DNA of 63,810 bases, counting the filler, from Octopus bimaculoides (lineage: Eukaryota), in NCBI RefSeq assembly GCF_001194135.2. It is 5 parts of 5 records of this genome, joined end to end, with 100 filler letters (N's around TTAATTAATTAA, not from the genome) between each part and the next. Parts side by side here need not be neighbours in the genome. Positions count along the whole stretch, not along the records: positions 24,402 to 48,649 come from NC_068982.1; positions 48,750 to 56,693 come from NC_068993.1; 3 more parts are not named here. One strand, written 5' to 3'. Below the pieces are notes generated by a model that was not told the origin of the DNA, made no database searches, and worked only from the letters and a program-made list of their open reading frames with translations. Within the stretch, counting starts at the first letter, position 1; every line of letters starts with the position of its first letter. Shown one piece after another: positions 38,984 to 50,630 of the stretch. Position numbers and translations under genes: made by a program.

Positions 38984-39686
38984 TATAGTCCCCTTGACTT
39001 TCTTCGATTCTTTCCTCACGAGAGATCTCAGAAGTCATTCTGCATTACCTGCCTCCATTGTTTTATACCGAAAGTTCTTTTCCTCTATTATTTCTTTTTC
39101 TTTTCTTGTTATCTGTGACCGTTTGTAAATTTTTCTCTGTAAGAACCATTTCTCCTTCAACACACGATGAATGTGTGGTAGTAGACGTCTTTTCTCTCCT
39201 AATGCTGATACTGGGCATAAAGACATATTTACCTTCCTTAGTTTTAAGGCTGATGATGTTCTGGAAACTGTTGTTGCTATTGATTTCACTTATTTTCGGA
39301 CTCCTCTTTGTCATTGCTTATATTTTTCTTGTAATTGTGATTGATCTCCAACTTCTTCCGTTTGCAGTTTGCATTAGAGGCAAGTTTTCCTTCATACTAC
39401 AGCTGTATGAACGAACTTAAGTGTTTAAAATCGCTTAGAAGCCGTTACTGCTGATATTGTTGAGACTTATTTGTGTACGTTGGGCATAATACTCTATCAA
39501 TTGATCACTTAACCTTTCATTTCCTTTTTCTCCTTGTACATAAAATTGCGTTGTTTACATTCTGTTCTATATTTTAAAATTGTAAGATTTAGTCGAGTTG
39601 CATAAGATACATAGTTTAGATCTGAAAACGTAATACGGGCAAATTCAATTTCAAAAGTTTGTGAGACAAACTTTTTTTCTGTTTTT

Positions 39687-39962
39687 CAGTTCAATATTTA
39701 AGAGATGAGGAGTCATGTACATTATTTACATTATTTACATTTGACGGATATTTGTCCTCATCTTGTTTGTTGTTAACACAACGTTTCGGCTGATATATAC
39801 CCTCCAACCTTCATCAGGTGTCTTGGGGAAATGTCAGACCAGGGTTCTAATTCCTAAGGTATTTTTTCATGTTATTATTATCATTATTGTTCAGGTCACT
39901 GCCTGGAATCGAACTCGGAATCTTGGGTTAGTAGTCCACGCTCTTAACCACTACGTCATATG
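39687..39962 (-). mobile_element. tRNA-headed SINE-like element carrying a hammerhead ribozyme (copy 1, complete)
   Basis: Minus strand: A box TGACGTAGTGG (39958-39948), B box GAGTTCGATTCC (39916-39905), short (TAA)n linker, body, hammerhead (39822-39775), TGTAAATAA repeats and a 30-nt tail ending GAACTG. Confidence 0.85.
39775..39822 (-). ncRNA. Minimal type I hammerhead ribozyme, intact core
   Basis: GACAC-CUGAUGA-A-GGUUG(GAGGGUAUAUAU)CAGCC-GAAA-C-GUU|GUGUU. Stem I 5 bp, stem II 5-6 bp, palindromic AACGUU stem III. Predicted cleavage between 39780 and 39779. Confidence 0.75.
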
Positions 39963-40103
39963 TCTTAGGAATGAGAACCCAGGTTCGAAAATTCCTCAAG
40001 ACACCTGATGAAGGCTGGAGAGTATATCAGCCGAAGCGTTGTGTTAACAACAAACAAGATGAGGACAAATATCCAGCAAATGTAAATAATGTAAATAAAG
40101 TAC
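39963..40103 (+). mobile_element. Headless inverted copy 2 of the hammerhead element; core mutated (GAAA to GAAG)
   Basis: Matches the copy 1 body in opposite orientation. Hammerhead at 40000-40045 with CUGAUGA at 40005-40011 and A15.1 changed to G. Lacks the 30-nt tail. Confidence 0.85.
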
Positions 40104-40125
40104 TTTTCTGCTTTTGTTGACTACT

Positions 40126-40400
40126 CAGGAATGGCTGTGTGGTAATAGCTTGCTTACTAATCACACGGTTCTGGGCTCAGTCCTGCTGCATGGAACCTTG
40201 GGCAAGTGTCTTCTACTATAGCCTTGAGCCGACCAAAGCCGTGTGAGTTGATTTGGCAGGTGGAAACTGAAAGAAGCCTGTCGTATATATATATATATAT
40301 GTTTGTGTGTCTGTGTTTGTCCCCCCACTATCGCTTGAAAACCGATGTTTGTGTGTTTACGTCCCCATAACTTAGCAGTTCGACAAAAAGAAACCGATAT
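40126..40400 (+). mobile_element. SINE family A, 3'-truncated
   Basis: Head CAGGAATGGCTGTGTGGTAATAGC; body ends at a TAA/CAA tract. Confidence 0.88.
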
Positions 40401-40850
40401 AATAATAATAACAATAACAATAACAAGTTTATTTGATGGCTGAAAAGAACGAATAACATGGGCTACAGGTAGTAAACCCGCTACGCATGAAAGACTCCAA
40501 GAGCTGTGACAAAGTCTGTGATAAAGAGAAAATGAAAATAATAATTTTTTAATAATGACAAAAAATATGCAATATCGCCAATCAAAGTCTTGCCTCGGAT
40601 ATCTATTACCTGATCACCTATACTCTGCTTTAGTGTATTTAAGTAATGTCTCGATAATAATATCACCATCATTGTCGTTCTCATCCCCAACTTCCTCATC
40701 CTCTTCCTTATCCTTTTCTTCTTCCTCCTCCTCATCATCATCAACATCATCATTAGCTCTCATTGTTTAAAGACGTTTTGGCTTCTTTCTTTGAACTATT
40801 CAAGACATTCAAATCGAATTTTGTTTTCAGACCCAAAATTCACTGACAAA

Positions 40851-40892
40851 ATACTACTACTACTATTACGACTACTGCTGCTGCTGCTGCTG

Positions 40893-40945
<53 letters not shown>

Positions 40946-41040
40946 GCTGCTGCCACTACTACTACTGTTATGTTACTAGCAGTAGTAGTAGTAGTAGTAA
41001 TAGTAGTAGCAGGATTAGTAGTAGTAGTAGCAGCAGCAAA
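40851..41040. repeat. (CTA/CTG)n followed by (AGT)n microsatellite
   Basis: Direct inspection. Confidence 0.95.
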
Positions 41041-41903
41041 CTATACATAAATAAAAAAAATGCAAATGGACGCTACTAGTATTAAAGTGTTCAATATAAG
41101 CGATGTACAGTTCTGTATCTTCACTAATAAAATTCTGCAATCCTACAGTGTAACCTTGTTTCACCATTATTTTCTGAAATATTAGAAAAAAAAAAAATGA
41201 AAATATGAAGAAATTTCAAGATCGCAAGAACATCAATAAACACCAGGAAATTCTATTTTAAAAAAATCACTCAAGAGAAAAATTTTGTAATCTCCAACGG
41301 AAAGATGTGGATTATTTGAGAATATGAAAATTTTCCTAGATACCGTGTAAGTAATTTTGATATTACATAATTCTATTTTATATTTTATTGCAGATTTTAT
41401 TAATATATCTGGCTGTATGTCCATCTAGTGTTTTAATGTGTTTTGGTATTTTCGTTTATTGATTTTTTTTTTAAAGAGTATGAAATTTTATTTGCTCCTG
41501 AAATGTAGTTGTTGTTGTTTACTATATAAGTTTGCCTAGAGTTCACATGTGTGTAAGTGTGTGTATAATCAGCATAAAAATTTACTCACAACCCTGTGAA
41601 TAGGAGCTTTTATTAACGCTATACCTACTGTTAATAAAAGAGATAAAATATATATCCGTATATCACTACAGTGGATATGGTTTCGTCAAAAATTACACAC
41701 TAGGAATGAGTGTTTAGTTTTACATGCCACGTGATATACTGGATTCTAATATCGCGGACAAATTGAATTCAAAACAGCTCCAGGGACTACTACCTTCTGT
41801 ACATCAAGTGACTATGTCTAGCAGCAGATTTGACAAATCATGATTAATTTGGGAGTCTTTTCTAAGTTAGGACGCTCCTTTTCGTTTATTCTGCTTAATA
41901 CTA

Positions 41904-42332
41904 CAGATTTGCTTGTCAGTTGTTTGACCTTAACCAGTTGAGCATGTCCCTTGGTGGCTGATGATATGTGCGTCTCTGATCATGAGCAGAAGTAGTGGGG
42001 GAGCATCATAGCCATGTGTTGAGAGGAATTCTTTGGGGTTTGAATAATTCACCTTTGGAAACATGGGTGTTTCGTTCAACATCCTTAAACAAACCTTATT
42101 CAGAGACCTTTTGAGCGGGATGGATTACTCGACATGAAGAAAATTCTAACTGGGCCCCACCAGTGAGGTCATGCACTATTTATCTTGATATGAGATCACC
42201 ATGTCGCGCACATATGGTTGTGATGCATGTGCCTGGTGTACCCTTATCAGACGGGTAGTCATGATGGGTATAATGGGCTTCGTATATTTTACCCCAGTGC
42301 TACTTTGATGGCATGCACTGCTCTCTCACATA

Positions 42333-42404
<72 letters not shown>
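41904..42404 (+). mobile_element. Interspersed retroelement (family E) ending in a (TAA)n tail
   Basis: About 430 bp of complex non-coding sequence ending abruptly in ~24 TAA units. Single copy in the window, so repeat status is from recall of octopus repeats. Confidence 0.5.
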
Positions 42405-42406
<2 letters not shown>

Positions 42407-42587
42407 TCAAAAAATGCCTTAGGAATGAGAACCCAGGTTCGAAATTTCCCCAAGACACCTGATGAAGGCTGGAGGGTATATCAGCCAAAACGTTGTGTTA
42501 ACAACAAACACGATGAGGACAAATATCCGTCAATTGTAAATAATGTAAATAATGTACATAATTCCTCATCTCTTAAATATAGAACTG
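42405..42587 (+). mobile_element. Copy 3 of the hammerhead module; core mutated (CGAAA to CAAAA)
   Basis: Follows (TAA)n at 42331-42404. Hammerhead at 42454-42499 with G12 changed to A; full tail present. Confidence 0.85.
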
Positions 42588-42799
42588 GAGAAAAGAAATT
42601 AGGTGAAATGTTTTGTAGAAATTTTCATAGTCTTTAAATAGGTAAATATTTTCGTAGCCTTCAGATAGACTCTCTATTCCTTTGTGAATGCCTCGTAGGT
42701 GGGTAGTAGTAAATCAGCTATATACGTATATATATATATATATATATGTACCGTACACACAAATGTATGTTGTATGTGTGTATGCGTTCATGATTCTGT

Positions 42800-42930
42800 A
42801 AAATCCACTGAACGAACTATCCATTGAATTACCTTAGCATCCGTTGTACTGACTCTTAATTTCTCGAGCAAATCACCATGACAGCCCTTTACTTTTATAT
42901 TGCCGATAATGTGCATATAACGTGTATCTG
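42800..42930 (-). mobile_element. Possible CR1/Jockey-like RT relic
   Basis: HGDLLEKLRVSTTDAKVIQWI resembles HxxLLxKLxxxGIxGKxLxWI. Confidence 0.35.
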
Positions 42931-43170
42931 CACATGTTTTCCTCTGCAAAAATTTATTCACAAGACATGGGTGTCCCATGTGTATGAGAAAGCGTCTTGC
43001 TCACGATGCAAACCTGCTGGAATACAACATGGGAACATAATTTGCCTGAAAGTAGCTAACTTATAAAATATTTTATTCGTTATTTTAATTGAAGCTTCTT
43101 TAAGAACTTACATAAATACAAATTTAGCTTATAATTACACAAATTAATAATTATAGACGATAGATGGATA

Positions 43171-43342
43171 GGCGTAAATATGGTCGTGTGATTTAAAAGA
43201 TGACTTTACAACAACGTGGTTTTAGATTCAGAGCCACTGCGCTGCATTTTAGGCAATTGTCATCTATTATAGATCAGGTCGGGCTAATGCTTTGCGAGTG
43301 AATTCTGTATAAAGTAACTGTGCAAGCCTGTCTTTTATATAG

Positions 43343-43403
<61 letters not shown>

Positions 43404-43630
43404 ATAGCGTTTGTGCGTCTTTGTGTTTGACCCCTCACACCCACACACACCACTTGAAAACTGGTGTTCGTTTGTTTAAGGCCTCATAATCTAGTTGTTC
43501 GGTAAACAGATCGATTTAAAGCATCAAACTTAAAAATATAAGTACAGGGGTTGATTATTTGATTAAACTGTTCAGGGTTCGAACCCAACATCGCTGCAGT
43601 TCAATGATTGAAACAAATAAAAGAAAAAAT
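43171..43630 (+). mobile_element. SINE family A, old diverged copy
   Basis: Colinear but degraded head, (GT)n and tail (GCAGTTCAATGATTGAAACAAATAAAAGA). Confidence 0.7.
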
Positions 43631-43774
43631 GAATATTTCAGAGACGATTGAACTAAACTACAAAGTTATAGGAGTCTCTATTTTTATCTGTTTGAATATT
43701 TTACACATTTCTATTCCCTACTGGAATTTGTAACTACTTTAAAAGAGGATGATTACGAGCAACTGTAATGTATT

Positions 43775-43995
43775 TGGCTGTGTGGTAAGTAGCTTGCTTA
43801 CCAACCACATGGTCCCGGGTTCAGTCCCACTGCGTGTCACCTTGGGCAAATGTCTTCTACTATAGCCTCGAGCCGACCAAACCTTGTGAGTGAATTTGGT
43901 AGGCGGAGACTGAAAGAAGCCCATCGTATATATGTATATGTGTGTGGGTGTGTGTGTTTATGTGTGTGTGTGTGTGTCTGTGTGTGTATATAGAT
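43775..43995 (+). mobile_element. SINE family A, 5' half
   Basis: TGGCTGTGTGGTAAGTAGCTTGCTTACCAACCACATGG...GAAAGAAGCCCATCG then (GT)n. Confidence 0.88.
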
Positions 43996-44189
43996 GTGCG
44001 ACAAAAAATTTCCGGACAATGGCCGTGAGTTAAAATAATAAAATAAGAACAGTAATAAACGAGCAAAGAAAAAATATATAGTTCGTGTATTTATTTGGCA
44101 AAAAAGAAAAACGACTGCCCCAAAATAAAACAATATCTGTTTCAACATATGATTTCACATCAAGAATCTTGCAAAACGAATTAATTAAC

Positions 44190-44229
<40 letters not shown>

Positions 44230-44595
44230 NNNNNNNNNNNNNNNNNNNNNNNNNNNNNNNNNNNNNNNNNNNNNNNNNNNNNNNNNNNNNNNNNNNNNNN
44301 NNNNNNNNNNNNNNNNNNNNNNNNNNNNNNNNNNNNNNNNNNNNNNNNNNNNNNNNNNNNNNNNNNNNNNNNNNNNNNNNNNNNNNNNNNNNNNNNNNNN
44401 NNNNNNNNNNNNNNNNNNNNNNNNNNNNNNNNNNNNNNNNNNNNNNNNNNNNNNNNNNNNNNNNNNNNNNNNNNNNNNNNNNNNNNNNNNNNNNNNNNNN
44501 NNNNNNNNNNNNNNNNNNNNNNNNNNNNNNNNNNNNNNNNNNNNNNNNNNNNNNNNNNNNNNNNNNNNNNNNNNNNNNNNNNNNNNNNNNNNNNN

Positions 44596-44690
<95 letters not shown>

Positions 44691-44813
44691 TAGTTTCGAA
44701 AGCATGAAGCTCAAAGTCGGCCTCGGCGGAATTTGAACTCAAAATGTATAGACGGATGCGAAATACCGCTTAGACTTTTCCCGGTGTGCTAACGATTCTG
44801 TCAGCTCGCTGCC
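44691..44813 (-). mobile_element. SINE family D, 5' part
   Basis: CAAAGTCGGCCTCGGCGGAATTTGAACTC...TGCTAACGATTCTGTCAGCTCGC. Confidence 0.85.
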
Positions 44814-45134
44814 TTATGTTGAAGCAAATATCAAAATCGAAACTGCGATTTTTACTTTTTAATCTTCCTCTGTTTCTCAATCCTCTCAAATTAATGTCAA
44901 TTGAAATATTAAGCCCTTTGGTGGTATTCATATCTCCAATCTTGACTTTTCATACATAGTTAGATAAGTTGCCTTTGGCGAAACCTCGCACTAAATTGCA
45001 CATTACACGTACGTACACACGCCCATATATGTGTATGTGTGTGTGTGTGTACGTTTGTATACATAGGAGATAAATATTTGTACATATTCATATTTGTGCA
45101 CTCATACACACATAAATATCATACATGTAAACAC

Positions 45135-45202
<68 letters not shown>

Positions 45203-45259
45203 GTCTGTCTGTCTCTTTATCCGTGTGTGTGTGCATGTATATGTGTAAACGTGTGTGGT

Positions 45260-45913
45260 TAGGTTATGGGTTTATATATACTTAAGAACTTAATGCAAGC
45301 AATCAAGCTGAAATTCCTGCCGAAGCGGATAATAAGCTGTCTAAAAGAATCAGTGAACTTTTTCTCCAAATATCTTTGCCCTAAGGTAGAAGTACTAAAA
45401 GCTTTAAATTTAGGTCGAAAGAAAAGTATAAACTCAATTCAGAAGATATCTTTAAAAATATATAAAATACTTAGAATTATAAATACTTTGACATGTTTCG
45501 AAAATATGCTTATTTTCTTTCTAATTCGTTGGCGCTTAAAATGGATAAGAAAATATTACGATTTCTAATTGACACTCTAAGTACAATTATTCCTTTGCTA
45601 TGTTATTTCCTCTCTCTATATATATATGAATATATGCACACATACATACATAATGTGTACGTGTGTGTGTACACGCACATATAAATATGCNNNNNNNNNN
45701 NNNNNNNNNNNNNNNNNNNNNNNNNNNNNNNNNNNNNNNNNNNNNNNNNNNNNNNNNNNNNNNNNNNNNNNNNNNNNNNNNNNNNNNNNNNNNNNNNNNN
45801 NNNNNNNNNNNNNNNNNNNNNNNNNTATATATATATAAATAATGTGTGCGTTTGTATAGGTAAGTATATATACTCGCACCTCACACACATACATAGGTTT
45901 GCAGGTGTGTGTG

Positions 45914-45992
<79 letters not shown>

Positions 45993-46480
45993 ACATGATT
46001 TAATTATATGTGTATGTATATGCATGTGCATTATATGACATATATGTTGAAAAAGGTAGTATTAAGATAGTGCAAGTGTGTGATATAACTAAAGAGCTAT
46101 ACATGCATGCACACACACACACATAAACGCATACACACATATATGAAAAAACCAAAACAAAGATACTTTATAAGGATTCTGAATCCGCAACTAAACTTCA
46201 AATATTTAACATCATTACTAAAAGTAATTTCCTCAATATGAATTAGCCCAGACGATATTTCAAGTTTAGTTGCAGATGTAGAATCCTTATAAAATACCTT
46301 TGTTTTGCCTTTCTTGAAAAAGAAATATTGTAAATATTCACTTTGCAGAAATCCATTTTATTACAGAAACGAATAAAAGGGAACATCCGTTTCTAGACAT
46401 TGTAATAGTTAAAGAAAATGAGACTGATATCTACTGCAAAGTCACAGACACACAATAATACTTAGATTTTAGATTTTATT
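45260..46480 (+). mobile_element. Fragmented Penelope-like element (N-terminal and RT pieces)
   Basis: SVNFFSKYLCPKVEVLKALNLGRK (PLE N-terminal NxS...VLxLGxK), SLVADVESL (FDVESLF-like) and IHFITETNKREHPFLDIVIVKENETDIYCKVTDTQ*YLDF (PFLD...YxKxTDT...YL). Confidence 0.6.
46153..46307. repeat. 53-bp imperfect inverted repeat (about 47/53 matches) with a 49-nt spacer
   Basis: Arms 46153-46205 and 46255-46307. Confidence 0.9.
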
Positions 46481-46835
46481 GGCTGTTAGCTTATGTATTT
46501 ATATTGAAGGATGTGTTGAATTCTATAGCATTATTACAAATTAGACAAGTAGATGTTTCATTGAATACATTTAAATAGTATTTCTTTCACTAGTATCGTG
46601 TTATATACCACGAGACGAAAAGCTCAAGAGAATAAGTAACAGCCTATAGATGTAAAACACTGCCTGCTTTATTTTATTCTTTTTTGTGGTTTTAACTCCG
46701 AGGAAAGTCTCTACCTGAAATATTGGGTACTAAATTTCCCACAGGCGATTTCGTTACACTCTTTCGTTTTTTTTTCCATGTAATATATTTAGGCAAGGCA
46801 AACCACCTCTAGTCTCCTAGGATTGTTTTATTTTA

Positions 46836-46910
<75 letters not shown>

Positions 46911-48037
46911 NNNNNNNNNNNNNNNNNNNNNNNNNNNNNNNNNNNNNNNNNNNNNNNNNNNNNNNNNNNNNNNNNNNNNNNNNNNNNNNNNNNNNNNNNN
47001 NNNNNNNNNNNNNNNNNNNNNNNNNNNNNNNNNNNNNNNNNNNNNNNNNNNNNNNNNNNNNNNNNNNNNNNNNNNNNNNNNNNNNNNNNNNNNNNNNNNN
47101 NNNNNNNNNNNNNNNNNNNNNNNNNNNNNNNNNNNNNNNNNNNNNNNNNNNNNNNNNNNNNNNNNNNNNNNNNNNNNNNNNNNNNNNNNNNNNNNNNNNN
47201 NNNNNNNNNNNNNNNNNNNNNNNNNNNNNNNNNNNNNNNNNNNNNNNNNNNNNNNNNNNNNNNNNNNNNNNNNNNNNNNNNNNNNNNNNNNNNNNNNNNN
47301 NNNNNNNNNNNNNNNNNNNNNNNNNNNNNNNNNNNNNNNNNNNNNNNNNNNNNNNNNNNNNNNNNNNNNNNNNNNNNNNNNNNNNNNNNNNNNNNNNNNN
47401 NNNNNNNNNNNNNNNNNNNNNNNNNNNNNNNNNNATATATATAAAGTAAAAAGTAAAAAGTGAAAGAGTGAAAACGAAGAGTAAGTACTCACGAGGAATA
47501 CCTAAGACTAGAAACGGTAGCATACCATAAGAATACTACCGGCTATTTGGGAATTCTAAGGGTGAACGAGCTCTATTTGCACTCTTATAGGTTTTTAACA
47601 GAACACACTTCAACTATATATATATATATATATATATATGCACATTTATATAGCATTTATCTATCTGTTCTTAGTGACGTTAATGACCAGATGCAGTGAA
47701 TATGGATTAATATAGTAGACACGAGACATAAAAGTCATAAGGAAGCAATTACATCTTAAGGACTACAACAAACAAAAGGAAAAAGAAAATTATTTGGTTT
47801 TACGGACAAAATAAGAAAACGAAAATAACACAGAACAACAATAAACATAAGAAACTCTAGAATGTGAAGGGCATATAAGGGGAACAATTGAGAGGAATAT
47901 CCGAGAGATGGAAAATGAGGTTGTTCTTTCAGAGAAGTGAAGCTGGACAAAAAGGTGATGTAGCAGAACGGAAAATGCAGATGGCATGCTTGAGAAGAAT
48001 GGTCACGTAGAGAGTGATAAATAGAAAGATAACCAAC

Positions 48038-48068
<31 letters not shown>

Positions 48069-48071
48069 TGA

Positions 48072-48159
<88 letters not shown>

Positions 48160-48600
48160 AAGAGAGAGCGGGGGATATATATATATATAGAGAGAAAGAC
48201 AGAGATAGAGGCAGAGAGAGGGACGGAGAGAGAAGAAGAAAAGAGAGATAAACGTAGTTTAAATGAGATACGAGAAAATGGGATGTGCGTCGATATAGAA
48301 AAAACTGATTGAATTAAGCACAAACAATGAAGAGACATAACAAGCGGAACAAACGAGCTCATACCAGTCTTTAGTTGTCTGTCTTAGAAACCGCGCAGTT
48401 TTAACAAATAGGTTAGTAACATTGGCACAGTGGTAGATTGATACAGCGAAGACAAAGAGTTTGAAACATTTATACAAACATTTGTCTTTTACGACCAGGA
48501 TGAGAGAATACAAGACAATAATACACAGAGACACAGGTACAGCCACAATATACAAACATACATATGCATATTTGCATGTATGTGTGTATGCATGTATATA

Positions 48601-48649
<49 letters not shown>

Positions 48650-48749
48650 NNNNNNNNNNNNNNNNNNNNNNNNNNNNNNNNNNNNNNNNNNNNTTAATTA
48701 ATTAANNNNNNNNNNNNNNNNNNNNNNNNNNNNNNNNNNNNNNNNNNNN

Positions 48750-48990
48750 ACCCTCTTGACCCAGGGCAGCACTACAACCGCCGGACACTTGATGTAGGCC
48801 TCCGTGTTGAGTCTGAGGCCATGTGGGAAGAAGAATGGAGGCATAACGTCGCCATCACTAGTGATCACTCCAAACACCATGATGTTGACTGGATGTTTGA
48901 TTTTTATCACTCTCGGTACATGTTTTGGGGACACAGCGAGCCAACGGTTTTTCTGTGTGTTCACCATCGGATCCAGACAGAAGTCACAAG
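48750..48990 (-). mobile_element. Tc1/mariner superfamily (DD37D/maT-like) transposase fragment
   Basis: FCLDPMVNTQKNRWLAVSPKHVPRVIKIKHPVNIMVFGVITSDGDVMPPFFFPHGLRLNTEAYIKC...VLPWVKR; runs into a gap; TIRs not seen. Confidence 0.85.
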
Positions 48991-49189
48991 TATTTACTCA
49001 CAATCAACTTTTATTTCCTGTCTCACAAGTGCTCAATATAGCCACCACCTACAGCACGGGCAACATCAATGCGATAAGAGAATTCCTCCCAGATGCGTAT
49101 CAGCATTTCACGATCCACTGAGTACTTCTTTGGCTGTCGGGTTGAATGGTTTATCGAAGTTTTTCCTTTTTCCTTCCATGTCAAGGAGG

Positions 49190-50041
49190 AGGAGAAGAAG
49201 AAAAAAGAGGAAGAAGAAGAGGAAGAATAAAAAAGAGGAAGGAGAAGAAGAAAAAAGAAGAGAGAAGAAAAGGAAGAAAAAAAGAAGAGAGAGGAAGAAG
49301 AAGAAGAAGAAAAAGAAGAAGACAGAAGAAGGAGAAGAAGAAAAATGAAGAGAAAAGAAGAAAAAGAAGAGAAAAGAAGAAGAAAAAAAGAGAAAATAAG
49401 AAGAGAAAAAGAGAAAAGAAGAAGAGAAAAAGAGAAAAGAAGAAGAGGAAGAGGAAGAAGAACATGTGTCTATAGGTAAAGTTTAGAGATTATGGAACTG
49501 GATGACGATATTTATGTCTTGTCATGGCAACTGTAGAACTAAGTAGATTTGGCAGAGGAATGGCGGAGTGGGGCAGGGAAGGAGCGCTAAGTGGATTTGC
49601 TGGCGTTGACGACAATACTGATTAGAACCGTGTAGCCGTGGTAGCTGTGGGAGGAGATGCGGTATGGTGGTAGCTGTGTTGGGGGTAATGGTTGCCGTCT
49701 TTGTGGTGGCGGCGGTGATGGTGGTGGTGGTGGTGATAGTTGTGGTATGGAGACGGTGGGGGTGGTTGGTAGTGGGTGACGATGGGAAGTGGTGCTTGTG
49801 GTGAGGATGTGGCGGTGGTAGCGGTGGGAGAGGATTGACTGTGGTGGTAGTGATTAAGTTGGTAGTAGTAGTGGTGGTGGTGGTGGTGGTAGTCGCGTTG
49901 GTAGTGGTTGTGATGGCAATGGTGGTGGTGGTGGTGGTGGGAGTTGTGGCGATCGTGGTGGTTGTGGTGGAACGGATGGTGTGTGCAGGTGGTGGATTAT
50001 CCTGTGATAGATATGGTGGATGGTGTTGGTGGTAGTCGTGA

Positions 50042-50093
<52 letters not shown>

Positions 50094-50630
50094 TGAGGGG
50101 AGAAAGAAGGAGAAGAAAAGAGAGCGTGAGGGAGAGAAAGAAAGAGAAGAAAAGAGAGAGAGTGAGGGGGAGAAAAAAGAGAAGAAAAGAGAGAGAAAGA
50201 AAGACAGCGGGAAGAGAGAGAAAGGGTGAAGAGAGGGGAAGAGAAAGCAGAGAGAGGGGAAGCGAAAGAGAGAGAAGAGAGAGAGAGGAAAGAGAGAGAG
50301 GGATAAGGAGAGGGAGGGAAACGGAGAGAGAGGGAGAAGAGGGAGAGAGATAGGGGAGATAGAACGGGAAGAGAGAGAGGAGAGGAGAGAGAGGGAGAAG
50401 AGAGAAAGGGGAAGACACAGATAGGGAGATAGGGAGAAGAGAAGAAATAAACAAGGTGAAGACAGAGAGAGGGTGTAAAGAGAGAGACCATGAAAAGAGA
50501 AAGGAAGAGAGTTGCGGGGGGGGGAGAAGAGAGAGGGGAAATAAACAAGGTGCAGAGAGAGAGAGAGGGGGGGTAAAGAGAGACGATGAAGAGAGAAATG
50601 GAGAGAGAGAGAAAGAGAGAAAGAGTGATT
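49190..50630. repeat. Low-complexity GAA-, GGT- and GA-rich tracts
   Basis: Direct inspection; explains the spurious Lys/Arg, Thr and Ser/Leu ORFs. Confidence 0.9.

Noticed and set aside
47481-47526. CTCACGA...GAAACGGTAGCATAC hammerhead-like motif
   Set aside because: G5 is changed to C, stem II is unpaired and stem I only partial; possibly the dead end of the upstream PLE.
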